In this document: piece by piece, positions 9,814 through 19,716 of the stretch | Numbering within the stretch: position 1 is the stretch's first letter | Layout of the letters: each line of letters opens with the position of its first letter | Origin: Myxococcota bacterium | GTDB taxonomy: Bacteria > Myxococcota_A > Polyangia > Nannocystales > Nannocystaceae | NCBI GenBank assembly: GCA_039028615.1 | Contig: JBCCHT010000006.1 | Location: 192,001 to 256,000, forward strand | Direction of reading: 5' to 3' | DNA length: 64,000 nucleotides | Translations under genes and position numbers: made by a program | Notes under the pieces: model-generated | Told to the model about the DNA's origin: nothing | Databases searched by the model: none | The model's input: only the letters and a program-made list of their open reading frames with translations

Positions 9814-11031
9814 TCACCCCACCCGCGGCGAATACCGAGCAAAGTACTGCCGCATGAGCCACCGCCGAAACCAAACATTGATCGCCGGAAAGTCGATCTT
9901 CAAAGCCCCATAGACCACCAACGACCGCCCCCCCAAACTAACCCCATACGCAAACCGAGGCCGCAACACATGAGGCCGCAACACCGGCACCTCCCCCCGA
10001 TTCTTCGGCGCATGCTCAGCCAAGATCGCAACATTGCGCGCCACCACCTTCGCCTGCCAAAGGCACTCGATGGCCCGCTGCATCGTCGGCCAGACCCCAT
10101 CTCCGCCCACCACTCGCACCGCATCCCCGCACGCGAAGATCTCCGGATGCGTAGGCTCCGGCGTAGGAAAGCACTGCAACGTCGGCCCCACCGCCAGCCA
10201 ACCATCGTCGGTCCGCGGCAGCCCCAAGTGCTCGAGAATCGGCGCCGGCCGAATCCCCCCCGCCCAGAAGGTCAACGCCGCATCGAGCGATTCCACCGTC
10301 TCCTCGTGACGCAGTTGCACCGACGACGGCCCGGCTTCGACCAGTCGCGTCTCCAAGCGCAGATCGACCCCCTGCCCCACCAACGCCGAGGCCGCCTTCC
10401 GCCCCACCCCGGCCGCGAGCTCGGGCAGTAGCCGGGCCCCAGCACTCACCAACGTGACCGCCGGCGCCCGCCACCCCTCGGGTCGCCGCCGCCGCAGCAA
10501 GGCCAGCTCGCCCGCCAGCTCCACGCCAGAGATGCCACCGCCCACCACCACCATCCGCGGCTCGGCCGATGCATCCCCCTCGGACCCCAGCGTCTCCGCC
10601 AGTCGCGGCCGCGCCTCGTCGATCTCCGCCTCGAACTTGTGCCCGAGCATGTGCTCGGCCCCGGGCATCCCCGGCGGGGGCGTGACCACGGAACCCAAGG
10701 CCACGACCACGAAGCGCGCCGCGATCCGTCGCCCCGACCCCAGCTCGACGACCTTGCGCTCGGGATCGAAGGACACGACCTCGTCGCAGACGAAGTCGGT
10801 GCCCGGCAGCGAGCGCACGAAGTCCTCGGTGGGCAGGATGCTCTGCTCGTCCGTGAGCACGCCGCACAGCCGCTCGTGCACCAAGGGGATGTAGCCATGA
10901 CTGCGCTGCCGATCGACGACGGTGATCTTCAGCGGTTTGGACAGGCGGCGCTGGATCTGGAGCACGACCTCGATGCCGGCGAAGCTCGCCCCCAGCACCA
11001 ATAAGTCGGTGCGCTCAGGTGCCGAAGACAT
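9814..11031 (-). CDS. NAD(P)/FAD-dependent oxidoreductase (NDH-2-like)
   Basis: Two Rossmann motifs (VLGASFAG; VVGGGISGVELAGE) and FACGD. Confidence 0.85.
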   Translation of the reverse strand: MSSAPERTDLLVLGASFAGIEVVLQIQRRLSKPLKITVVDRQRSHGYIPLVHERLCGVLTDEQSILPTEDFVRSLPGTDFVCDEVVSFDPERKVVELGSGRRIAARFVVVALGSVVTPPPGMPGAEHMLGHKFEAEIDEARPRLAETLGSEGDASAEPRMVVVGGGISGVELAGELALLRRRRPEGWRAPAVTLVSAGARLLPELAAGVGRKAASALVGQGVDLRLETRLVEAGPSSVQLRHEETVESLDAALTFWAGGIRPAPILEHLGLPRTDDGWLAVGPTLQCFPTPEPTHPEIFACGDAVRVVGGDGVWPTMQRAIECLWQAKVVARNVAILAEHAPKNRGEVPVLRPHVLRPRFAYGVSLGGRSLVVYGALKIDFPAINVWFRRWLMRQYFARYSPRVG

Positions 11032-11848
11032 GCACCTTGTCCCGGACCGAGGCGGGGAAGCGCTCTTGGACGATGCGCTCGGCATCGGCCTTGGTATGGC
11101 GCGCGCTCCGGTGCACCAACACCAGGGCCTCTCCCTCGAACTGCTCGGCCCGCTCGATCATCTCTTCGACGTGGGTATGGCCCCACTGCCGCACCTGCTC
11201 GGGAGTGCGACGCTCGTCCCAGCCGGTCACCTCGTGCACCAGCACCCGGCACCGCCGCAAGTCGGGCTCCCGATCGAACAGCTCGATCTGCGTGTCACCG
11301 GTGACGCAGATCAGCGGCTCGATGTGCGTCTCGGTGATCGTCTCGCCGCGACGACGACGGGCGCCCAGCTCTTCGCCGGGCAGGCCCTTGAGCGACTCCA
11401 GCAAGCGCTCGCTCCGTCGCTCGAACATCCACGCCAGTGATGGCACACGATGCACCGAACGCAAGCAGCGGGCGTGTCCCTGGCGTAGCGGCACGGTGCT
11501 GCCCGGCGCGTGCCCGTGCAGGTCGACCTCGATGTCGAAGTCCTCGATCTCTTCCCAGGCGGCGAAGATGCGCTGCAGCGGGTCGAGGATTTCCTCGGGG
11601 ACGTGCACGGCCGGCGCCCCGCCCCGCACCATGTGCCGCTGCGAGACCATGTACGGCAGCCCGCCCAGGTGATCCTGGTGCCCGTGCGAGACGAGGATGG
11701 TGTCGAAGCGCATCTGGCCCGGCACCATGGGCGCGGCATCGAACATCAGGCCCAGCTCGGGGACCATCAGGCACGTGCGCACGCCGCCCAGGGCCACCCC
11801 GCGGAGGGTCAGTCCGGCGACCTTCAGCTCATCGTGACCGAGTCTCAT
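11015..11848 (-). CDS. MBL-fold hydrolase, short-arm (TM-type) tRNase Z-like
   Basis: SHGHQDHLGG (HxHxDH), HRVPS, TGDT, GHTH; short arm LKGLPGEELGARRRRGETITE. Confidence 0.75.
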   Translation of the reverse strand: MRLGHDELKVAGLTLRGVALGGVRTCLMVPELGLMFDAAPMVPGQMRFDTILVSHGHQDHLGGLPYMVSQRHMVRGGAPAVHVPEEILDPLQRIFAAWEEIEDFDIEVDLHGHAPGSTVPLRQGHARCLRSVHRVPSLAWMFERRSERLLESLKGLPGEELGARRRRGETITETHIEPLICVTGDTQIELFDREPDLRRCRVLVHEVTGWDERRTPEQVRQWGHTHVEEMIERAEQFEGEALVLVHRSARHTKADAERIVQERFPASVRDKVHVFGT

Positions 11849-11900
11849 GCGCGGTAGGCCCCGGCTCGAGCGCCCGACTTGCGGGCGCTCGTCGTCGCCA

Positions 11901-14168
11901 TCAGCTGACGAAGTTGCGGTTCGGGGTCCACAGGACCTGGGCCGGAGCGGCCGCGGGCGCAGCTGCGGCCTGGCCACTGCTGACCCGAGTCTCGAGCACC
12001 GCCTTGGCCGCGACCAGCACCTTGGCGGGCGACACGACGATCTGGTCCTCGAGCACGACGCTCTGGGGCACGCCCGGCACCGCGTCCTGACCCAGCACGC
12101 GCGTGGCCACGTGACGCTCACCGAAGTGCTCGTGCACCGACCCCTGGAGCTCCCGGCCGATGCTCGAGAACACGCGGTCCTCGTGCACGACCAGCAACCG
12201 GCCAGTCCGGCCGACGCTCTCGTAGATGGTCTCGAGGTCGGGCGGCACGATGGTCCGCAGGTCGATGAGGTCGACGGAGACGCCGTCGGCGGCGAGGGTC
12301 TTGACCGCCTCCTGGCAGAACAAGGTGCAGCGACCCCAGGTCACGATGGTGAGATCGTCGCCGCGCTGCAGGTGCGCCGCCTTGCCCAGCGGGACGCGGA
12401 AGTCCTCGGGCAGCGGGGGCGCATGACCCTCGAAGGCGATGGCGCGCTTGAGCTTGCGGACCTCTTCGGGATCGGTGGGCTCGCCTGGGAACGCGTCGCC
12501 GAGCGTCATGCGGTACAGGCCCTTCGACTCGAAGAAGAGCACGGGTCCGCTGTACTCGGCCGCCGTTCGCAAAAGGCCGTACATGTCGCGCGAGGTCGAG
12601 GGCGCCACGATGGTCAGGCCCGGGATCGCCCCGTAAAAGCCCTCCATGCACATCGAGTGGTACACGGCGCCGCCGTGCAGCGGCTCGACGGGCAGGCGCA
12701 CGATGACGTTGGCCCGCACGCTCGAGTCCGAGGTCCACAGCAGGTTCCCCATGTGCACCAGCCAGTGCAGGGTATTGAGGCTGTAGTCCGAGAACTGGAT
12801 CTCCGGCAGCGCGGTCGAGCCCTCGTGCAGGGCGAAGCCCAGCGCCGCGCCCAGGATGAAGGGCTCGTTGATCGGTGCGTCGCGGACCTGGTTGGGGAAC
12901 GACTCGTGCAGACCCTTGGTGGCCTGCATGACGCCGCCCTTGGCCCCCACGTCCTGGCCGTAGATCCAGGTCATGGGGTTGTCGCGCAGGATGGCCCCCA
13001 TGGCCGCCCGCACCGCGCCGTTGATCGAGATGATGGTGCGGCGACCGGTGGCCGGCGCCTCCTCGACCTCGGGGAAGGGATCGCGAATGTTGTCGTAGAT
13101 CCGGTCGTAGCTGGGGTGCGGCTCCGACTCGGCCTGCTCCATCGTGTGCACGATGTGGGCGTCGGCGTGGGCTCCGAGGCGGCCGAGCTCGTGGCGGGCG
13201 TAGTAGTCCTTGGACTCGCCGTCCTTGCGCCGAATGATGTCGTCCGGCGCCAGGATCCCGCGATCGACCAGGGCCTGACCGAAGTCGATGAGCGGGTCGT
13301 ACTCGTGGAACTTGAAGGTGACGTCGGCGGCCGAGCTGTGGTCATTGAGCCGCGAGAGGTTGCGAACCCACATCAGGGCCGGCTTCTGCTCGTTGCGGCA
13401 GTACAGCGCGGCGTCGCGGGTGGTCTCGTAGACGTCGAGGAAGTCGTTGCCGTCGCAGGTGAAGTACTTGAAGCCGAACGCCTTGGCGTAGGACTCGAAG
13501 TCTCGGATCCCGCGGCCGTCCTCGGGCTTGACGCTGATGGCGACGTTGTTGTCGGTGACGGTCAGCAGCCAGGGCAGCTGGAGGATGGACGCCCCGGTCA
13601 TGCCCTCGTGGACATCGCCCTCGGCGCAGGTTCCGTCACCGATGATGCACTGGCACAGCGCGTCGGTATGGCCCTTGTGCACCAAGCCCTGCGTGTAGCC
13701 GATGGACTTGGAGACCTGCATGCCCAGCGCCGACTGGATCGGCAGGGTGTTGTGGGCCAGGTCGTTGAAGTGGGCCGTCATCTGGCGGCCGCCGCTCCAC
13801 GGGTCGGTGGCGCGGGACAGCTGCTGCCGCATGTGGTTGAGGTGGAAGTCCTCGTGCCCCTGCAGCCGGCTCCACAGCGCGAGCAATGAAGCGGAACGGT
13901 AGTGACCGGCGATGGCGAAGGCCTCGGGGTTGGCGACCTCGTGCAGCGCCAGCGCGGTCGCGGTGCCGTGGATCTCCTCGCCTGGGCCCCAGATGGCGAA
14001 CTTCACCTTGCCCTTGAGGCACTCCTGCACCACGCGCTCCACATGGAGGCGCGCCAAACACGCTTCGTGGTACGCGAGCTGCAATCGCTCGGTGGTCAGC
14101 TCCGGAAATTCATCCAGGCGAGCCAGGTCATACTTGAGCGTCCGAACCGGCGAGGATCCTTCGGGCAT
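11901..14168 (-). CDS. 2-oxoacid dehydrogenase E1, fused alpha/beta subunits
   Basis: TPP-binding GDG...DNN; beta-type motifs GQDVG, DAPINE, EIQFSDY, DLRTIVP; strong SD (TAAGGAG). Confidence 0.9.
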   Translation of the reverse strand: MPEGSSPVRTLKYDLARLDEFPELTTERLQLAYHEACLARLHVERVVQECLKGKVKFAIWGPGEEIHGTATALALHEVANPEAFAIAGHYRSASLLALWSRLQGHEDFHLNHMRQQLSRATDPWSGGRQMTAHFNDLAHNTLPIQSALGMQVSKSIGYTQGLVHKGHTDALCQCIIGDGTCAEGDVHEGMTGASILQLPWLLTVTDNNVAISVKPEDGRGIRDFESYAKAFGFKYFTCDGNDFLDVYETTRDAALYCRNEQKPALMWVRNLSRLNDHSSAADVTFKFHEYDPLIDFGQALVDRGILAPDDIIRRKDGESKDYYARHELGRLGAHADAHIVHTMEQAESEPHPSYDRIYDNIRDPFPEVEEAPATGRRTIISINGAVRAAMGAILRDNPMTWIYGQDVGAKGGVMQATKGLHESFPNQVRDAPINEPFILGAALGFALHEGSTALPEIQFSDYSLNTLHWLVHMGNLLWTSDSSVRANVIVRLPVEPLHGGAVYHSMCMEGFYGAIPGLTIVAPSTSRDMYGLLRTAAEYSGPVLFFESKGLYRMTLGDAFPGEPTDPEEVRKLKRAIAFEGHAPPLPEDFRVPLGKAAHLQRGDDLTIVTWGRCTLFCQEAVKTLAADGVSVDLIDLRTIVPPDLETIYESVGRTGRLLVVHEDRVFSSIGRELQGSVHEHFGERHVATRVLGQDAVPGVPQSVVLEDQIVVSPAKVLVAAKAVLETRVSSGQAAAAPAAAPAQVLWTPNRNFVS

Positions 14169-14260
14169 GGCGACGGTTGCTCCTTATGGGTCGACCGCCG
14201 ACCCCCACGGTCGCCGTCGACTCGCGCCGAGCCTATTCGATCAAACCGTGCCTCTCAACG

Positions 14261-14290
14261 ACCACGGGGGCCTGCAAGGGCCCCCGCGGT
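14261..14290 (-). terminator. GC-rich hairpin downstream of FHA gene
   Basis: ACCACGGGGGCC/GGCCCCCGCGGT inverted repeat; weak U-tract. Confidence 0.4.
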
Positions 14291-14336
14291 GTGTGCTTAC
14301 GCTTCGATTTTCGTTGAGGAATTTCGCTTGGCCTTT

Positions 14337-16679
14337 TTATTGACCGTACGGGTTGTAGCCCCCCGGTCCGGGCGGTTGGCCCGGCTGCGGCGGATACCCC
14401 GGCTGCGGCTGTCCCGGCTGCGGCGGGTACCCCGGTTGGGGCTGTCCCGGCTGCGGCGGGTACCCCGGTTGGGGCTGCGCCATCCCCGGCTGCGGCTGTC
14501 CCGGCTGCGGCGGGTAGCCGCCCGGCTGCGGCATTCCCGGCTGACCCGGGGGCGGAGCCATCCCCGGCTGCGGCTGACCCGGCTGCGGCGGGTAGCCACC
14601 CGGCTGCGGCATTCCCGGCTGACCCGGGGGCGGAGCCATCCCCGGCTGAGGCATCCCCGGCTGACCCGGAGGCGGTGCCATGCCCGGCTGAGGCATTCCC
14701 GGCTGCCCGGGAGGCATCCCCGGCTGACCCGGAGGCATCCCCGGCTGCCCCGGTGCGGGAGCCATGCCCGGCTGCGGCTGACCCGGCTGACCCGGGTATC
14801 CACCCGGCGCCGGCTGACCCGGGGCGTGAGCCATGCCCGGCTGCGGCTGTCCGGGCTGACCCGGCTGCTGGCCGAACTGGCCCGCGTTGGCGGGAACACC
14901 CGGGATGTCCGGGGCCCCCGCAGCCATCGCCTCGAGGGCTTGCTTGGCGGCGGGACGGGGATCGGCCCCCTCCATCTGCTCGCGAACCTCGAAGTAGATC
15001 CGCAGGGTCATCGCGGCAAAGATCGGCGTGATCGCAGCGGTCACCACGTTGGTGACCAAGGAGCTGAGGGCCCCCGCCACTCCGGCCATGTACTCGCCGA
15101 TTCCAGCGAGCAGCCCGAAGATCACACCGACGATGGCGATCGCCACACCGGCCGTGACGAACAGGATCAGCGCGCCGATGATGGTCCGGCCGATGACCGG
15201 CTTCCACAGCTCGAGGCTGCGCATATTGAGGTCGATGAACTTCTTGTCCGTCTCGAACAACCAGATCGCGCCGACGAAGAAGCCGAGCGGGAAGAAGGTG
15301 AACGGACCGACGAGGCCGCCGATGATGCTGGCGACGATGAAGCTGACGATGCTCATGCCGCCGCGCCCCAGCACCGCCTTATAGGCGTCGATGAAGCTGA
15401 CCGGCGTGCCGAAGTGCGCCTGCGCGATGAAGTAGAACACCGCCGGGAAGGTGATGATCCCGGCCAGGTTCAGCAGACCACCGATGATCACGCCGACCGC
15501 GGGAATGGTGACCAGCGCGAACAGCAGCATGATCAAGCCCGCGAGGATCAGCGGGGCACCCACGACCAACACGGACTGGATCAGGTTGGCCATCACCAGC
15601 GAGATGCCGGCCTTGATGTCGTCCATGAACCCGCCGCTGCTGGTCTCGGCCGCCGCGAAGGCTTGGTTCATGCCCTGACCGACTTGCTGCATGCCCTGGT
15701 TGAACTGCTGCCCGGCTTGACCGAACTGTCCTTGGGGCGGCTGCCCGGGCTGGCCCGGCATCCCCGGCTGGCCCGGCGGCTGCCCGGGAGCACCCATGCC
15801 CGGCGGTTGGCCTGGAGCACCCGGCATCCCGGGTTGACCCGGCGGCTGCCCGGGAGCACCCATGCCTGGCGGTTGACCCGGTGCGCCCGGCATCCCCGGT
15901 TGACCCGGCGGCTGCCCGGGAGCGGCCATGCCCGGCGGTTGACCCGGTGCACCGGGCATCCCCGGTTGACCCGGCATCCCTGGCTGTCCGGGGGGCTGAC
16001 CCGGTGCGCCCATCCCAGGCGCGGGAGGTTGGCCGGGCATGCCCGGCTGTCCGGGAGGCTGACCCGGTGCGCCCATGCCCGGCGGTTGCCCCATGGCACC
16101 CGGCGGCTGACCTGGCATGCCCGGCTGCCCCGGGGGTTGCCCCGGTGCGCCCATGCCCGGCGGTTGCGCGGGGGCGCCGGGCGGCTGGCCCGGTGCGCCG
16201 AGGGTGCCGGCGGAAGGAGGATAGCCCGGACGGGGCCCGGCCGACATCGGCGGGTTCACGCCGGGGATCGGCGGCGGAGGTCCTCCACCCGGCGCGGCGC
16301 CGGGCGCTGCTCCGGCAGCCGGCGGCGCGCCACCGGGCGCGAACATGGTGCGGCTCGCCGGCTGTGCGGCGGCCCCCGGAAAGTCGATGTGCTGGACGGT
16401 GATCGTCGACTGACCCAGTCGCACCGCGTTGCCGATCCCCATCTCGACGGGACCGGTGATTCGCTCACCGCTGGGAAGAAACGATCCGTTCGTCGAACCG
16501 AGATCTTGAAAGACGAGCTTGCCGTTAGTGAATCGAAGCTCGGCGTGCCGACCGGACACTTGAGCATCCATGAGGGCGATGTCACCGACATCGCGGCCGA
16601 TGACGATCGACTCCTTGTCGAACGGCTTAGTTTCCGGGGGACGTCCCGAGTACTGGACGTACAGGGTGTATAGCGCCAT
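14337..16679 (-). CDS. FHA-domain membrane protein with Pro/Gly/Gln-rich repeats
   Basis: FHA motifs [18 protein letters not shown]; central multi-TM block; long PGQPGM and PQPGYP repeats; AGGAG SD. Confidence 0.9.
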   Translation of the reverse strand: MALYTLYVQYSGRPPETKPFDKESIVIGRDVGDIALMDAQVSGRHAELRFTNGKLVFQDLGSTNGSFLPSGERITGPVEMGIGNAVRLGQSTITVQHIDFPGAAAQPASRTMFAPGGAPPAAGAAPGAAPGGGPPPPIPGVNPPMSAGPRPGYPPSAGTLGAPGQPPGAPAQPPGMGAPGQPPGQPGMPGQPPGAMGQPPGMGAPGQPPGQPGMPGQPPAPGMGAPGQPPGQPGMPGQPGMPGAPGQPPGMAAPGQPPGQPGMPGAPGQPPGMGAPGQPPGQPGMPGAPGQPPGMGAPGQPPGQPGMPGQPGQPPQGQFGQAGQQFNQGMQQVGQGMNQAFAAAETSSGGFMDDIKAGISLVMANLIQSVLVVGAPLILAGLIMLLFALVTIPAVGVIIGGLLNLAGIITFPAVFYFIAQAHFGTPVSFIDAYKAVLGRGGMSIVSFIVASIIGGLVGPFTFFPLGFFVGAIWLFETDKKFIDLNMRSLELWKPVIGRTIIGALILFVTAGVAIAIVGVIFGLLAGIGEYMAGVAGALSSLVTNVVTAAITPIFAAMTLRIYFEVREQMEGADPRPAAKQALEAMAAGAPDIPGVPANAGQFGQQPGQPGQPQPGMAHAPGQPAPGGYPGQPGQPQPGMAPAPGQPGMPPGQPGMPPGQPGMPQPGMAPPPGQPGMPQPGMAPPPGQPGMPQPGGYPPQPGQPQPGMAPPPGQPGMPQPGGYPPQPGQPQPGMAQPQPGYPPQPGQPQPGYPPQPGQPQPGYPPQPGQPPGPGGYNPYGQ

Positions 16680-16806
16680 GTGGCTCCTGGGGTGCGTGGG
16701 CTCCCGGAGTGTCACAAATGGCGGCGGTCTCGCGCAACTCGCTGCGCACAGATTCTCGACCGCGTCGGATCGAATGTTCGCGAACCGGTCCGCCCGGCTC
16801 AGCGAG

Positions 16807-17037
16807 TCAAGACCAAAGCTCGACGAACCAGACGATCAAACGCGAAAACCATGACTCGGGCCAATGGGCGCCCAGCAGGGCCCCACTACCAAAAAGGACC
16901 CCGATCACCGTGCTGGGCAACAGAACCCAGCCCACGGCCCACGATGCCCAGCTCTTTTTGCCTTCGGGCTCGGAATCGCCGGAGCCGGCCTCGGTGGCCT
17001 CGCTCGTGCTCGGTTGCTTACTTTGAGGATCCGACAT
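16807..17037 (-). CDS. Small membrane protein
   Basis: 76 aa with hydrophobic segment; AGGAG upstream. Confidence 0.6.
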   Translation of the reverse strand: MSDPQSKQPSTSEATEAGSGDSEPEGKKSWASWAVGWVLLPSTVIGVLFGSGALLGAHWPESWFSRLIVWFVELWS

Positions 17038-17073
17038 CGTGCGGAAATCTCCTAGGGGCCAGCGACGGTCCGC

Positions 17074-18138
17074 TCAGGGCTGGGCCTCGGCCGGGGTGGG
17101 CTCGGGCTCGAACGGCCACTGTTTGCGTTCCAACACCCGTTTGCGGTTGGCCTCGTCGATCCACGGGTCTTGGGTCTCGGGCACGGCCGCGTAGCTCATC
17201 CAGCTGCCGGCCTTCCACGCGGGATCCTCCGGCTCGTTGATGTCCACGGCCCCCATGAGCCGACTGAGCCGGTGCAGCAGGGTCCGCAGATGGGTCTCTC
17301 GGTGGCCATTGGTGCCATAGACGACCCCGTAGGCCCCGTTGAAGGGATCGTCCTCGGTGGGCGGGCCCGCGCGCTCGGGGCTGGTGCCGTCGAAACGACG
17401 ATCGGTGAACCCGAGCAAGATCTGCGACCCCTCCCGGGGGCGCGTGCGGAGGTCGTCGAGCAGGGCGGCAGCGTTCATGCCCTCGGAGGGCACGGACCAG
17501 CGACCGACCGCCCACAGCTGGAGGCGGATGCCGAACTGCTCCTCGTAGATATGGGAGGCCCGGCTCACCGTGCGCTGCACGACGTCGATCCAGTCGGGAC
17601 GCGCGTCGATGAAGGAGCGATCGACCAGCACCTTGACTTGGACCACTTTCTCGACTCCACGGGCCTCGGCGGCGGGACCCTCGAGGGGATCGACCTTGGT
17701 CCGCGGCGGCGGCAGTGGAGCGGGCACCCCCGCGACGGCGCCGTTGTTGGTCGGCGGCACGGCGGGGCTGGTCGGCGCGGGCTGAGGCGGCTGCACGGGA
17801 GGCTTCGCCGGTTGAGGTTGGGGCTCGACCTTGGCGACCACCTCGGGCTTGGTGTCGGGCTCCGACTTGGTGTCGGGCTCCGACTTGGTGTCCGCGTCGC
17901 TCTCGGGCGCGTCGGACTTCGACTCACTCTTGGACTCGTCGGACTTCGACTCGCTCTTGGACTCTTCGCCCGGCACCTCGACGTCGATGCCGAGCCAGTC
18001 ACGCTCGAAGCCGAGGATCCCGGCTCGATTTTCGACCCCGCAGTACACCCCGCAACTGAACAGCCCGAAGATCAGAGACAGCGGCCCCCCGAACAGGATG
18101 GCCAGTTTCGCGATGGCGATGATGCGCGTGCGGTTCAT
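17074..18138 (-). CDS. Membrane-anchored reprolysin/M12-like protein with degenerate Zn site
   Basis: N-terminal TM, SESKSD/EPDTK/Pro linker, C-terminal domain with metzincin-like pattern (VKVLVD...ILLGFT...LLHRLSRLMGA...WMSY). Confidence 0.65.
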   Translation of the reverse strand: MNRTRIIAIAKLAILFGGPLSLIFGLFSCGVYCGVENRAGILGFERDWLGIDVEVPGEESKSESKSDESKSESKSDAPESDADTKSEPDTKSEPDTKPEVVAKVEPQPQPAKPPVQPPQPAPTSPAVPPTNNGAVAGVPAPLPPPRTKVDPLEGPAAEARGVEKVVQVKVLVDRSFIDARPDWIDVVQRTVSRASHIYEEQFGIRLQLWAVGRWSVPSEGMNAAALLDDLRTRPREGSQILLGFTDRRFDGTSPERAGPPTEDDPFNGAYGVVYGTNGHRETHLRTLLHRLSRLMGAVDINEPEDPAWKAGSWMSYAAVPETQDPWIDEANRKRVLERKQWPFEPEPTPAEAQP

Positions 18139-18279
18139 CGAGGAGCCGAGAGTATAGAGCGGACGGGGGCACAAGTCCGATGGTTGCAGGCCTATTCCCA
18201 CCCCGGGACGACGGCCCGAACCTGGGGCATCGAGCCCCGATGACACCGCCATCCGCGCATGGAGGGAAGAGGTCGGCCT

Positions 18280-18957
18280 TCAGGCCGGGAAGTCCCGTAC
18301 GTTGAGCAGCCCACGCTCCGCGAGAGATACGACTTCGGTTCGCGTGACCACCAGGTGATCGATGACCGGGATGTCCAGCATGACCCCGATGCTGGCGAAG
18401 CGATGGGTGAGCAGCAGGTCGGCGTCGCTCGGATCCGGCTCGCCGCTGGGGTGGTTGTGGACCAAGATCACCGAGTGCAGCCCGGCCTGCACCAGCGGGC
18501 GAAACACCTCGCGGGGATGGACGTGCACCGCCGCAGCCGAGCCCACCGCCACCGTGCGGACCAGCTGGAGCCGCTGCCGGACGTCGAGGCCGAGAATGAG
18601 GAAGGTCTCCTGGGCGGCGCTGCCGAGCGAGGCCCGGAGAAAGTCGGCCACGTCCTCGGGACCCGAGATGGTCTGGGCGAAGGGCAGGCATAGTCGCGCG
18701 ACGCGACGACCGAGCTCGAACGCGGCGCAAACGGCGGTCGCCCCGGCCATACCGATGCCGGGGGTCCGGCACAGCTGACGGGGCCCTGCCCCTTGCAGGC
18801 CCACCAGGCCTCCGGCCTCCTGGAACAAGGCCATGCCTCGGGTCACGGCACGACCTCCGCCGAGGATGAGAGCCAACAGCTCGACATCGGCGAGGTGCTC
18901 GCGGCCAAAGAGCATCATGCGCTCGCGAGGGCGCTCTTGGGGAACGGACGTCATCAT
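18280..18957 (-). CDS. radC: RadC / JAB-domain protein
   Basis: ERPRER, ELLALILG, HhH PGIG, HPREVF, HNHPSGEPDPSDAD. Confidence 0.95.
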   Translation of the reverse strand: MMTSVPQERPRERMMLFGREHLADVELLALILGGGRAVTRGMALFQEAGGLVGLQGAGPRQLCRTPGIGMAGATAVCAAFELGRRVARLCLPFAQTISGPEDVADFLRASLGSAAQETFLILGLDVRQRLQLVRTVAVGSAAAVHVHPREVFRPLVQAGLHSVILVHNHPSGEPDPSDADLLLTHRFASIGVMLDIPVIDHLVVTRTEVVSLAERGLLNVRDFPA

Positions 18958-19122
18958 CGACCCTCGTCGTTTCAAGGGGCGTGCCGCGGGCAAGTTCGCG
19001 AAACCTCATCCCTGGCGTGGGGCCCTGGCCCACACGTGGGTCATTTCGTGGCCCAGGGTGGCCAACGGGCGGGCCAGCCCCGCTGCCGCATTGCGTCAGA
19101 CGCGTGCTATCGTTGCGGGCCA

Positions 19123-19716
19123 GTGCGAGCACCGCCCAATCGCCTTCGGCCGTGGTTGCACCCTCGCGTCATCGCCCGCTGGAGCGCCGTATTCGCGCTC
19201 CTGGCCGGGACCCACTGCGTCGACAGTGGATCCCCCGGGGTCGGCGGAGGGTCACCCGGTAAACAGGCTCCCGACGCGAGCGGACCGCCCGCGCCTCGAG
19301 TCGCCACCGCCCCGAGCAACGGCTTCAACGACGCGATCGCCTGGCGCTCGCTCGAAGACGGCTTGGCCGAGTCCGCGAACACCAGCATGCCGCTGATGTT
19401 GGTGGTGCACGCCAGCTGGTGTGGCAGCTGCAAGCGGCTCAAGCCCAAGTTCCAAGACGCCCGGCTGGCCGAGGTCTCCAACAAATTCGTGATGGTGAAC
19501 TCCGACCAAGACCTGGTGCCGGCCGTTCACCAGTACGTGCCCGACGGCAGCTATGTCCCCCGGGTGCTGTTCTTCGATCCGCAGACCGGCGAGCTGGACC
19601 CCGACCTGCTGAACCCCGATCGGAGCCGCAACCTGTACTACTACGGCCCCAAGGACGACTTGGTGGCCATCATGGAGAAGGCCCTCGAGCGCCATGGCAA
19701 CAAGACCAAGAGCTAA
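19123..19716 (+). CDS. Exported thioredoxin-family protein (ERp18/AGR-like); start uncertain
   Basis: WCGSC active site, FVMVN, DGSYVPRVLFFDP; N-terminal hydrophobic stretch ending in Cys. Confidence 0.85.
   Translation: MRAPPNRLRPWLHPRVIARWSAVFALLAGTHCVDSGSPGVGGGSPGKQAPDASGPPAPRVATAPSNGFNDAIAWRSLEDGLAESANTSMPLMLVVHASWCGSCKRLKPKFQDARLAEVSNKFVMVNSDQDLVPAVHQYVPDGSYVPRVLFFDPQTGELDPDLLNPDRSRNLYYYGPKDDLVAIMEKALERHGNKTKS

Noticed and set aside
18280..18957. radC as marker of a mobile element
   Set aside because: Full-length chromosomal type with HhH region; no integrase or mobile genes nearby
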